From a virus (lineage: Duplodnaviria; Caudoviricetes): a DNA stretch of 26,809 nucleotides. This document shows positions 1-8,221 of this stretch, in pieces. Numbering within the stretch: position 1 is the first letter of the stretch; each line of letters begins with the position of its first letter. Both the position numbers and the translations under genes were made by a program. The stretch is from IMG/VR virus record IMGVR_UViG_3300048894_000042, positions 1-26,809 of that record, one strand, 5' to 3'. The notes below the pieces were generated by a model. The model had not been told where the DNA came from. It saw only the letters and a program-made list of their open reading frames with translations, and ran no database searches.

Positions 1-63
1 CTGCACCGGCTCACTCTCCCACTCGTAGAACGGCAGATCGTCAGCCACCCACATCCGCGTCAT
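1..63 (-). CDS. Hypothetical protein, N-terminal fragment (runs off the window)
   Basis: ATG at 63 overlaps the stop of the upstream ORF (TAATG); frame MTRMWVADDLPFYEWESEPVQ is open to the edge. Confidence 0.55.
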   Translation of the reverse strand, partial: MTRMWVADDLPFYEWESEPVQ

Positions 64-293
64 TAGACGCTCCACTTCAACGCCCGCTTGGGGAATGCCG
101 CATCGGACTGCGTCGGCACCTGGGGACCGAACAGCTCGGCCCGCAGCGCCTGCTCCTTAGCGACATACAGCATCAAATCCTCGGCGTGCTTGAGCAGGAG
201 AGATACGCGCGCCTCCAGCGCCGCGATGCGCTGTAAGTCTACCGCGAGCACAGAATTGCCATAGATCGCCACCTCGTTCTCACCCTGCATCAC
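63..293 (-). CDS. Hypothetical phage protein with short coiled coil
   Basis: 76 aa ORF, translationally coupled at both ends; RIAALEARV heptad. Confidence 0.65.
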   Translation of the reverse strand: MMQGENEVAIYGNSVLAVDLQRIAALEARVSLLLKHAEDLMLYVAKEQALRAELFGPQVPTQSDAAFPKRALKWSV

Positions 294-754
294 GCCTCCC
301 GCTGGGGCTGGTTCTGGGCCGCCTGATACTGCGCCTCACGTTGCGCAGCGGCGGCCTTGGCCGCCTGCTCTGCCGCCTTCTTATCCGCCGCTGCCTTGTC
401 GTCGGCCGCCTTCTTATCCGCAGCCTCACGCTCGGCCGCGGCCTTCTTCAACGCCTCCATCTCCTCGAGCTGCTGCGCCCGCGTGGACAGTGGCGGGAAA
501 GCCTCGTTCATGCCGCTTGGCAGCTTCGTCGTGTCCATCTCCAGCGCCACCACATCGGCCGCATGTGGCGTGTTCTGGGTGAACGACGCCGCCCACGCAG
601 GACCCTGCGCGCTGATGTCGTCCGCGAGCGCGACCGCCGACACCTCACCGGCATAGATCGCCGCGGTGACGCCACGCAGGAAGGCAGCGATGGACTGCGC
701 TACGGTGGGCTGGCTGCCGACCACGTCACGAATGGCAGAGGGGGATGCAGGCAT
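290..754 (-). CDS. Hypothetical protein with Ala/Lys-rich low-complexity C-terminus
   Basis: 154 aa; GGAG RBS upstream; AADKKAA repeats. Confidence 0.7.
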   Translation of the reverse strand: MPASPSAIRDVVGSQPTVAQSIAAFLRGVTAAIYAGEVSAVALADDISAQGPAWAASFTQNTPHAADVVALEMDTTKLPSGMNEAFPPLSTRAQQLEEMEALKKAAAEREAADKKAADDKAAADKKAAEQAAKAAAAQREAQYQAAQNQPQREA

Positions 755-769
755 GGTGTTACTCCCTGT

Positions 770-991
770 TCAGTACGTGATCATTCCCGCGCCATACTTC
801 ACGCGGCCGCTATCGTGCGTGTCCAACCCTGGCGCGTTGGGCGGCGCAGCAAAAACCACCGAGACATCGCTGTAACCCACGTTGCTAACGGCGCCCTGCT
901 GCATGGCCTTGGCAGCCTCCAGCGCATCGAGCCGCGCCGATAGGCGGTTCAGCGCCTCCCAAACCTCACTTATGTCGGTGTCGGTCATCAC
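770..991 (-). CDS. Hypothetical phage protein
   Basis: 73 aa; GTGA overlap with the portal stop; RLDALEA heptad. Confidence 0.65.
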   Translation of the reverse strand: MMTDTDISEVWEALNRLSARLDALEAAKAMQQGAVSNVGYSDVSVVFAAPPNAPGLDTHDSGRVKYGAGMITY

Positions 992-3174
992 TGCACGGTC
1001 TCCGGTTGGGGTTCAGGCGGCTGCAGCGACGCATTCAGCGCCGCGTGCGCCTGCAAGTGCGGCGCGATCTCGGTTTGCAGCATGTCCGAGACCATCTGAC
1101 GCACGATCACCTGCAGCGATGCCGGGTCGATATTACCCACTGCCGCCAGGCGGCGCGTCTCGGCGTCGTAGTCCTTAATCTCGATTTCGTCGCTCTTATC
1201 CTTCAACTGCTCCTGCATCCGCGTGCATTCTGCCTTGAGGCGTGCAATCTCCGCATCAGCCTGTTGCAGCGTCTGGTTTGCATGGACTGTCGTCTGCTGT
1301 AGCGCCTGCTGCAGCTTGATGACCTCAGGATCAGGCGTATCCGCCTTGTATTGCGGTGGCAGGCCACGACGCAGCCGTTCCGCCAGCTCGTCCGCGCCGG
1401 GGAAGTCGGAGTTCTGCGCCCAGAAGTCGCCGACCACCTGAAACGCCGCCGGGTTCTGCGCCATGATCTGGGCGAATGCGTTCGCCGCCTCCTCGCGCTG
1501 CGTGCCGAACGACGGCCCGACATCCGCCTCCACGTCGTAGCGCCCCACGTTGGGGTTGAAGATCACCTTCGGGTTCGGCGCGTTGGGATCGGCAGTCACA
1601 GCATCGGCCTGCTGCGGCGTAACCGGCTGCGGACCGTTCGGCGTCATGGCAATCTGCTGATGTGAGGTCGGTGCATTCGGCACCAGATGCACGTCGCTCT
1701 CGCTGCCGTCCTCCGCCATGATCTTGATCACACGCGCCGTGTCGTAAATCTTCGGGATTAGGTCGAGCACGATGCGGCCGATCTGCCTGATGCCCTTCGC
1801 CTGGTTGTCGATGTAGTGGTAGGTGCTGTTTTCACCCTGGCGCTGACGCTGCTGAATGGCCGTGCCGGAGATTTCGTTGGATGGCGCACCGACGAGGGCC
1901 TGATACTGGCCCGACACCATCATCATGTCCTCGCGGGCGATCTCCATTCCCTTGACGTACGCCTCGGCCATGACGGGAGGCTGTTCACGCTGAGGACGTT
2001 CGATAGGCTTCTGATTAGCATCGTCCACATCGTTAAACGGCAACCAGGGCATGTTGTCAGTGTTTGCGTTGTTCCAGTACTTCTCATACCCCTCAAACGC
2101 CCTAGCCGAACCAATGAACGGCGTCTTAGTCTGCAACGCGACTTGTTCAGTCGCAGCCGAACTCCAGTAGTTATACATCCGCTGCGCATCGAGCAGGCAG
2201 CGAGTGTGCCCGCGCCGGTCCATCTGGCCGTCGATCACCACTTCCTCGCCGATAAACGGCACAATCGGGATATAGCGGCCGGGCCAAGGCTCGCGGTCAA
2301 CGATGCGGTCGCCGACGATCTTGAACCACTCGATTACCGGGGTTGAAACCGCGCGCACCCTGATCTTCTGCGGGTCCTCGTCGTCCAGATCGCCCTGCGC
2401 CTCGATAGCCTCCTTCATGCTATCCCGCTCATCGTCCTCCATGTCGCTCTCAAGGCGCGAGGAGCCATCCGGCAGTCGGTAGAGCTTGTCGTTGTTGTTC
2501 GTGCGACGGAAATACTCGGCTTCGCGGATGTGATCTTTGTCGTTCCAGCCGTCCGAGTGATCGAGCGCGGCCGATGTCGGGACTAAGTCTTTGTATTGCG
2601 ACATATCACGCGGCTTATCGACAAACACGAACGTGAAGTTCGAGTCAGACTTGTCGTACTGCTTCGCGTCCGGGTCCATGTAGACCGTGTTTTGGTCAGC
2701 AATGCGGTGGATGTAGATGTCGAGGTCGAAGGTCTCCTCGTCGGCGTAGTCTGTCACCACGCGCACGTAGCCTATGCCAGTCTCGACCTGGTGGTAGATC
2801 GCCGTGGAGTAGGCATCGACGGCTTTTGACTGATATTCGATGCGCCGAACGATGCCGGAGAACACCTGTGCGGCCTCGTAGCTCGCATGGCCGCCGACCG
2901 GCGTCACCTTGATCTGCGCTTTATGCTGGCGTGCGTCGTTGACGATCTGCAGGATGTGCTGCCTGGTTTTGTTCATCGTCAGCATGGGGCGCGCGCCGCG
3001 CTTCTTCTGAACGTCGGTATCCCACTGCCATTTGTTGACGCTGTCGCCGTTTGCGAACTTCGCATCGGCGAGTGCGTTGGCGCGTGCTGTGCTTTCCCAG
3101 GCGACGCAACGCTCGAATCTGGCTTTCGCCTCGCGGATGATCTCGGCATCTCCGGCTTGCGGGCGTCGGGCCAT
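988..3174 (-). CDS. Portal protein, P22 gp1-like
   Basis: 728 aa downstream of terL; KFANGD..QW, RPMLTMNKTRQHILQIVN, YIPIVPF, DAQRMYNYWSS and SGTAIQQRQ motifs; C-terminal coiled coil. Confidence 0.93.
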   Translation of the reverse strand: MARRPQAGDAEIIREAKARFERCVAWESTARANALADAKFANGDSVNKWQWDTDVQKKRGARPMLTMNKTRQHILQIVNDARQHKAQIKVTPVGGHASYEAAQVFSGIVRRIEYQSKAVDAYSTAIYHQVETGIGYVRVVTDYADEETFDLDIYIHRIADQNTVYMDPDAKQYDKSDSNFTFVFVDKPRDMSQYKDLVPTSAALDHSDGWNDKDHIREAEYFRRTNNNDKLYRLPDGSSRLESDMEDDERDSMKEAIEAQGDLDDEDPQKIRVRAVSTPVIEWFKIVGDRIVDREPWPGRYIPIVPFIGEEVVIDGQMDRRGHTRCLLDAQRMYNYWSSAATEQVALQTKTPFIGSARAFEGYEKYWNNANTDNMPWLPFNDVDDANQKPIERPQREQPPVMAEAYVKGMEIAREDMMMVSGQYQALVGAPSNEISGTAIQQRQRQGENSTYHYIDNQAKGIRQIGRIVLDLIPKIYDTARVIKIMAEDGSESDVHLVPNAPTSHQQIAMTPNGPQPVTPQQADAVTADPNAPNPKVIFNPNVGRYDVEADVGPSFGTQREEAANAFAQIMAQNPAAFQVVGDFWAQNSDFPGADELAERLRRGLPPQYKADTPDPEVIKLQQALQQTTVHANQTLQQADAEIARLKAECTRMQEQLKDKSDEIEIKDYDAETRRLAAVGNIDPASLQVIVRQMVSDMLQTEIAPHLQAHAALNASLQPPEPQPETVQ

Positions 3175-3506
3175 CAGGCAGCACTCAGACGGAAGACCAT
3201 TTCCTGCATGTCGCCAGGCTCGTCCGGCGCGAAGGAAACACGCAGCCGCTGCCCTCTGTATGTCTCCTCACAGGTCTCGGTCTCGATGCGCCGTCCGCGG
3301 GCGTCCAATCGGACGCCATACCCCAGAGCCACAACAACAGGCTTTAAATACCGCGACGCAAAGTCGTTCAACGGCAGTGCTAGGTCATGCATATCGATCA
3401 TCACAGCCGCCTCAGCGCGCGTGATCGGCAACACGTCCTCCGACGCGATCAGCACCAACGCCTGTCGCGCAATCATGACCGGCGTGAGGAACATGTTGGT
3501 TCTCAC
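3174..3506 (-). CDS. Hypothetical protein between terL and portal
   Basis: 110 aa, overlaps both neighbours (GTGA and TGATG). Confidence 0.6.
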   Translation of the reverse strand: MRTNMFLTPVMIARQALVLIASEDVLPITRAEAAVMIDMHDLALPLNDFASRYLKPVVVALGYGVRLDARGRRIETETCEETYRGQRLRVSFAPDEPGDMQEMVFRLSAA

Positions 3507-4798
3507 GCGCCCATCCAGGTGGCACTGCTGCGGCCTTCGGTGTGGAACACCGGGCGCGTAGGCACAAGAGGCTGCTTCGTCTTCGGGGCCTGCAATGCAA
3601 CGGCGAGATACCGAAACGCATCGGCGTCGTGTGAGGCGAAGTCGTGCAGCGGAACGCGCTTCAACGTCTCCGACCTCTCATCTACTTCGTAGCGATAGTG
3701 CCGTAACGATTGCAGGCCATCGGCGCACTTCTCAGCATCAAAGTAGCAGTTGGGGAATACCGTGCGAGCAGCGTTGATACCGTCCTCAACACTGAGCTGC
3801 GGCACGATGCGAACAGTGCGGCCTGCGGCACGCATCAGCTCCTCGATGCTCCGACCGGAGCCCAGTTGCTTGGCCTTGGCGTCATGCGGTAACCAATCGA
3901 CGCCATAGATGTAGCCCCGGGCCTGAAGGTCGGAGAGATAGGCATTTAGGGGCTTCTGTGATCCTGATAGGTGGTCGATGATGTGGTATTCGAAGCCAAT
4001 GACCTGAGCGAACCAGATCGAGGTGTTGTCGGCCCAACCAAGATCCCAGAACGTATGCACCGGCTTGGTCGTATCATATGGAACTTTGGTGATGCGATCG
4101 ACGGCTGCGCGTAGTTCTGCGGCATAGATTGCGCCGTCTAGGTTCTGGCGCGGATGGCCTTCCCAGATGTTCAGCCAGGCGTCCTCGTCGCGTTCCTTCA
4201 GCGTCTCCATTTCCTCACGGAGCACATCGGGGAACCATGGATTATCGGACCAGTTCAGCTTGACGACGATCGCGTTGGGCGGTGGGCTGGCGATAAACCG
4301 CTTGTAGGTTTCATCGGTTTCAAGCTGCGGATTAAAGGTGATCCAGATTTCCGATCCGTCGCGCCGCACCGTTGGTATCAGCGTCTCCCAGGAACGCTTA
4401 CGGATGTTCTCTGCTTCCTCGCACCAGCAGTGCGTGATGCCTTCAAATGACTTGATGGCTTGCACGTTGTTGCTGACGCCGCCGAAGCGAAACTCAGTGC
4501 CATTTAGGCCGTATATCGTAGCCTTCTCGACCGTGTAGAAGTCTGTCAGATGCAGTGCCGCGATCTGGTCGGATAGCAAGCGATGCACACTATCGCTGAT
4601 GCTGGCTTGGAACTCGCGAGCGCAGAGCACACGTATTTGGCTCTGAGTGCCTAGGATCAGCAGCGCTCGGGCAACACTCCAGCTTTTGCCGCCGCCTCGT
4701 CCGCCGTGGATGATCTTGTATCGCGACGGGCGGAATAGGCATTGCAGCTTCGGCGGGAAGCGCGCTTCAACTGTCGGATTGCGCGGCCTGCGTGCCAA
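3503..4798 (-). CDS. terL: Terminase large subunit (PBSX/Terminase_3-like)
   Basis: Walker A GGRGGGKS, CAREFQASI, Walker B WCEEA, TFNP, nuclease motifs WDLG and HDADAFRY; TTG start. Confidence 0.95.
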   Translation of the reverse strand: MARRPRNPTVEARFPPKLQCLFRPSRYKIIHGGRGGGKSWSVARALLILGTQSQIRVLCAREFQASISDSVHRLLSDQIAALHLTDFYTVEKATIYGLNGTEFRFGGVSNNVQAIKSFEGITHCWCEEAENIRKRSWETLIPTVRRDGSEIWITFNPQLETDETYKRFIASPPPNAIVVKLNWSDNPWFPDVLREEMETLKERDEDAWLNIWEGHPRQNLDGAIYAAELRAAVDRITKVPYDTTKPVHTFWDLGWADNTSIWFAQVIGFEYHIIDHLSGSQKPLNAYLSDLQARGYIYGVDWLPHDAKAKQLGSGRSIEELMRAAGRTVRIVPQLSVEDGINAARTVFPNCYFDAEKCADGLQSLRHYRYEVDERSETLKRVPLHDFASHDADAFRYLAVALQAPKTKQPLVPTRPVFHTEGRSSATWMGA

Positions 4799-5054
4799 AT
4801 AGCACCTGAATCACGGGGATACCCTCGCCGTCAGGGCCGGTGTGGGTCGTTACGGCTAGGTCTGGGATAGTCTTGCGGAGCAGGCCAAGCGCGGCGCGTA
4901 TTTGGCCGTCCGACATCTCCAGTTTTTTGCCATTCGGGGAGCAAGGATCGGTTTCGCCCATGGCAAAGGCATTCAACCGCTTACAGAGCTGTGTAGTCTG
5001 AATGGCGGAACGCGCTCTTTCGTCCTGACGCGGGTTCAGGCGGGCGGCCATCAT
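4767..5054 (-). CDS. terS: Putative terminase small subunit
   Basis: About 95 aa (MMAARLN...QIRAALGLLRKTIPDL...HTGPDG) directly upstream of and overlapping terL; start coupled to the nusG-like stop. Confidence 0.7.
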   Translation of the reverse strand: MMAARLNPRQDERARSAIQTTQLCKRLNAFAMGETDPCSPNGKKLEMSDGQIRAALGLLRKTIPDLAVTTHTGPDGEGIPVIQVLFGTQAAQSDS

Positions 5055-5638
5055 CGCGCCTCGAGCCAGTGCTGCGGAACGGTGATCTCCTGCATTGCGC
5101 CGAAGCATAGGACAGCGACGCGGACGCCGCGGGCGAGGAGCTTGGTCACCACTGCGTCGTGGTCGGCAAAGGCACCGCCCGCAAGTTTGCAAGGCGCTCC
5201 AGGTTGCCAGTTGCTTCCTGGTATAGCGAGATCGCGGCGCGCATTCTCTCCTGCTTGTAGCGCCTCAATAATGCCTGCTCGTAGGGTGGCTGGCCTGCCC
5301 TGGTCCATGAGGAGACGAGCGACGCCGCGCGTGTTCGTGACGGGCGTCCATGGATCGCGAGAACCGAGAGCGACAAAGATATATCCCTGGAACAATGGGA
5401 CATCGACCTGGCGCGTGAGGGTGCGGAGGACGGGATCACGGCGTCGGATGCGGATGAGGGGGAGGTAATGGGTGTAGCCTTGGCGTCGGAGGTTTTCTGC
5501 GGCCCAGTGCTCTGCCTGTGGGTGCGTCTGGCAGACGTGCCATGTGACGCTACCGCTGGGCTCGGGCGCCGATCGAGGCTGGCGCCACGTCCCTTGGTGT
5601 GTGGTTTCTAACCGGGTGTGTGGTTGGGTGTCAAGCAT
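5051..5638 (-). CDS. NusG/RfaH-family transcription antiterminator (NGN + KOW)
   Basis: WHVCQTHPQAEHWAAENLRRQGYTHYLP, PLFQGYIFV and NTRGVARLL (NGN domain); GAPCKLAGGAFADHDAVV (KOW-like). Confidence 0.9.
   Translation of the reverse strand: MLDTQPHTRLETTHQGTWRQPRSAPEPSGSVTWHVCQTHPQAEHWAAENLRRQGYTHYLPLIRIRRRDPVLRTLTRQVDVPLFQGYIFVALGSRDPWTPVTNTRGVARLLMDQGRPATLRAGIIEALQAGENARRDLAIPGSNWQPGAPCKLAGGAFADHDAVVTKLLARGVRVAVLCFGAMQEITVPQHWLEAR
5546..5634 (-). promoter_or_regulatory. Putative intragenic late promoter with downstream hairpin and ops-like element
   Basis: TTGACA (5634-5629)-N18-TAGAAA (5610-5605); GGCGCC stem at 5565-5586; AGCGGTAGCGTC (5557-5546) versus ops GGCGGTAGCGTG. Confidence 0.5.
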
Positions 5639-5786
5639 TCCCGGTGGCCTCCAGGGCTTCCTGTGCGAAGCGGCGCATTACCTCGACGGATGTCCACCCG
5701 TTCTGGTTCTCGGCGATGCGTCGCAGAGCGTCGAGCAGCACTTGCCGTTCCTGCGCGATGGCCAGGATGTCGATTGGATTGGTCAT
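5631..5786 (-). CDS. Small hypothetical protein
   Basis: 51 aa MTNPIDIL...; ATGA coupling with the upstream ORF. Confidence 0.6.
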   Translation of the reverse strand: MTNPIDILAIAQERQVLLDALRRIAENQNGWTSVEVMRRFAQEALEATGNA

Positions 5787-6109
5787 AGCACCCTTCCCGT
5801 GCCGGGGCGTAGCACGCCGTTGTCGTTCCACCATTCGAGTTCTGAGACCCCGGCTGGGCTTGTGGGGAGCGGGGCAATGCCCGTGCCGGGGCTGTGGGCA
5901 TCGCTGGCGGCGTCCAGCGTCTCCCCACTACCTGATGACCTGGGAGCGCCCTGACCGGCCTGTAGCGCGCTGTGAGGGGCGGCGTGGGCCTCGGCGTCGA
6001 TGGCGTGGCGTGCGTCGATGATCGGCTGCCTGAGTGCGTCCGGCAGGTCGAACGTAGCCAGCAGAGCATCGGCGACGAGGAGGAGGAGAAGGCGCTCGGC
6101 TTCGGTCAT
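5783..6109 (-). CDS. Hypothetical protein
   Basis: 108 aa, ATGA-coupled on both sides. Confidence 0.6.
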   Translation of the reverse strand: MTEAERLLLLLVADALLATFDLPDALRQPIIDARHAIDAEAHAAPHSALQAGQGAPRSSGSGETLDAASDAHSPGTGIAPLPTSPAGVSELEWWNDNGVLRPGTGRVL

Positions 6110-6297
6110 CGCAGCCCCCAGACCGGATGGCCGGCGAGGGGGAGGAGGTAGCTCACGAGCACGAGAACCAGGATCAGCAGCAGGACCAGTTGTACGATCA
6201 GGGGGAACGGCGGCGGGAGGGGGAGGAGTTGGACGATGTACCAGATCACGCCGAACACGAGCAGCAGGATCAGCAGTTGGATCAGCAGGCCGATCAT
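6106..6297 (-). CDS. Small two-TM membrane protein (Thivi_2564-like)
   Basis: 63 aa, two hydrophobic helices separated by LPLPPPF; GGAGG RBS. Confidence 0.75.
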   Translation of the reverse strand: MIGLLIQLLILLLVFGVIWYIVQLLPLPPPFPLIVQLVLLLILVLVLVSYLLPLAGHPVWGLR

Positions 6298-6557
6298 GGG
6301 GTGGCCTCCAGGAACTCGGGCGGGAGCTGGGAGAGCATCGAAGGGGCGTGCCGGCGCATGGCAGTGGCCAGCATCCGGCCTAGGATCGGGCGGAATGGGT
6401 GCCCCTCGAGGTCACGAATTTTGCGCCGGATTTGCAGTTCGTTGACGCCACGCCAGGAAGCCTCGGCGTGCTCGCGGACCTCTGCCAGGTCGCGCATGTC
6501 CTGCTCAGGATCGAGGCTGCGGCGCCGCGGCGGCGGCTCTGGCGGGATGTAGTTCAC
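6294..6557 (-). CDS. Hypothetical protein
   Basis: 87 aa; GTGA overlap with the replication gene stop. Confidence 0.6.
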   Translation of the reverse strand: MNYIPPEPPPRRRSLDPEQDMRDLAEVREHAEASWRGVNELQIRRKIRDLEGHPFRPILGRMLATAMRRHAPSMLSQLPPEFLEATP

Positions 6558-7627
6558 GCCGTTTTCCGCAGTGCAGCGTTGATCTGCTCACGGGTGAAGT
6601 AGCTCGGCTTAGGCCTCAGGGCCGCCGGCGGCACCACCGCTTCGCGCTGCTCGTTGACAGTGCGCTTCGGGGCACGGGGCGGGTAGTTGTTCTCGAAACG
6701 CTTGGCCATCCCTTCCGCCAAGGGCCTCGCTTCGCCCATTTCCCGGAGTGCCTTGCGGCGCTTTGCCTCGACTTCGGCGGGAGTTGGTTCACGCTCAGGC
6801 GCTTCCGAAGCGGCCTCGCGCGCGGAGTAACCTACTACCTCAAGAAAGTTTAAATCTTTCTTGGAATCTTCCTCTGCTTCTAGTTCTGCTTCTGCTTCTA
6901 GATTCTTAGTAGGCGTCACCCTAGGCGCTGACCTAGGCGTTTTTTGGTCAGCGCCTAGGCATTCCCCCAGGCGTTCACCTAGGCGTTTTTGCCAGTCTGG
7001 TGGTCTGTAGTCGGTGGTCTCAGGCCCCTTCGCTGCGTTGCAGCTCCGGCACATTGGCTGGATGTTCTCGATGCCATCGCTGCCACCTTGGTAGATCGGA
7101 ACGATGTGGTCCTTGACCAGTCCGTGTCCGTTATCGCCTGCAACCTGTTCGCACCGCAGACAGCGGTCTCCGAGCACATCGACCATCGCATGCCACTGCT
7201 CAGGGGTGTGGGTTCCTTTCTTGCGCGCCTCGGTGAGCCGGCGAGCGCGCGTCGTGCCTGACAGCTCGCCCTCGCCCCACTTCTTGCGCACTTCGGATGC
7301 GCCAGCGGCGGACGCATTGGCTTCCTTGACCATGCGCCGGCAGTAGATCACCCCAGCCTCTGTCCGGCTGAAAACGCCAGCGGCATCTAGTTCCGCCTCA
7401 TACTTCTTGGCCTCGCGCTCGGTGCACCCTGCCCATGCGGCCATCTGTCGGGGCGTCACCGGCCGCTCGTTGAACGTGAGATGCCCGATGGGAACTCCCT
7501 CGTGCATTACGCACAGCATCTCCATCCAATAGCCGCGAGCGGCTAAGGAACAGGTGCGGAGCGAAATCTCAGCCGACCAGTCCCGCCAGAAGAACTTCGA
7601 CCATGAGTGTCCGTTGCCGTTGCTCAT
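6554..7627 (-). CDS. Phage replication initiator-like protein with internal HNH domain
   Basis: N-terminal WSKFFWRDW...CSLAARGYWMEMLCVMH...IYCRRMV wHTH typical of phage initiators; central CLRC...KDHIVPIYQGGSDGIENIQPMCRSCNAAKG HNH; start at 7627 by ATGA coupling. Confidence 0.8.
   Translation of the reverse strand: MSNGNGHSWSKFFWRDWSAEISLRTCSLAARGYWMEMLCVMHEGVPIGHLTFNERPVTPRQMAAWAGCTEREAKKYEAELDAAGVFSRTEAGVIYCRRMVKEANASAAGASEVRKKWGEGELSGTTRARRLTEARKKGTHTPEQWHAMVDVLGDRCLRCEQVAGDNGHGLVKDHIVPIYQGGSDGIENIQPMCRSCNAAKGPETTDYRPPDWQKRLGERLGECLGADQKTPRSAPRVTPTKNLEAEAELEAEEDSKKDLNFLEVVGYSAREAASEAPEREPTPAEVEAKRRKALREMGEARPLAEGMAKRFENNYPPRAPKRTVNEQREAVVPPAALRPKPSYFTREQINAALRKTA
6841..6990. repeat. Putative replication origin: six iterons plus AT-rich tract inside the initiator gene
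   Basis: AGGC(G) cores of a CCTAGGCG consensus at 6911, 6923, 6935, 6957, 6969 and 6981; adjacent AT-rich stretch 6841-6910 with inverted repeat CAAGAAAG/CTTTCTTG and TCTGCTTC repeats. Confidence 0.7.
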
Positions 7628-7986
7628 GCTGCCGCCCTCCGGCTCTGGGCAAAGGCTATCCACCCATGCGCCAACTCGATCTGCGGCCAGACGCTCGCAG
7701 AGGTAGCCTGTAATTCTGCCAGCAATTTCCAGATATCCCCGTTTCCCCTAGCCGCGATGGCGTCGATGCGCCTGATCGCGTGCTGAATTGTCGTGTGGTC
7801 ACGGCCGGCAAATGCCCGTCCGATGACAGCGTAGGATTTGCGTGTGAGCCGGCGGCTAAGCCAGATGGCGACGTGGCGGGGGAGCACCAGGCGTGCGCCC
7901 CGGCAGTCAGACAGCAGATCGGCGATACCGACGCCGAAATGCGCGCAGACGGCCGCCTGGATGGCGGCGATCGTGGGGGATGACAT
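7624..7986 (-). CDS. Stand-alone DnaA C-terminal (domain IV) HTH protein
   Basis: IQAAVCAHFGVGIADLLSDCRGARLVLPRHVAIWLSRRLTRKSYAVIGRAFAGRDHTTIQHAIRRI matches the Bac_DnaA_C signature; AGGAG RBS before ATG 7986. Confidence 0.88.
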   Translation of the reverse strand: MSSPTIAAIQAAVCAHFGVGIADLLSDCRGARLVLPRHVAIWLSRRLTRKSYAVIGRAFAGRDHTTIQHAIRRIDAIAARGNGDIWKLLAELQATSASVWPQIELAHGWIAFAQSRRAAA

Positions 7987-8221
7987 AGGCACAGCTCTCC
8001 TTGACCTGGGCCAAGGGGCGTGCGATTTAAGGGGTGTAGGGTCCCTATCTCGCTGGCCTTGGCCAGTTACACCACAACCAGATACGCCTCGGCCTTGACC
8101 GCCGGGGCGTTTCTCGTTTGTGCCAGTTATCCACTGAGTCGTGAAGGGCTCTGCCGCCCTCCCTTGCGCCGAATCCGTTGCGTAGGCTGGCGTCCATCGC
8201 GTCAACCAACGGGTCAAACGC

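Noticed and set aside
350-450. Repeated GCCGCCTTCTTATCCGC units
   Set aside because: They encode the AADKKAA low-complexity peptide; there is no spacer structure, so this is not a CRISPR array
6905-6990. Regularly spaced repeats as a mini-CRISPR
   Set aside because: Units are about 8 bp with a 12-bp period; they fit iterons, not repeat-spacer arrays
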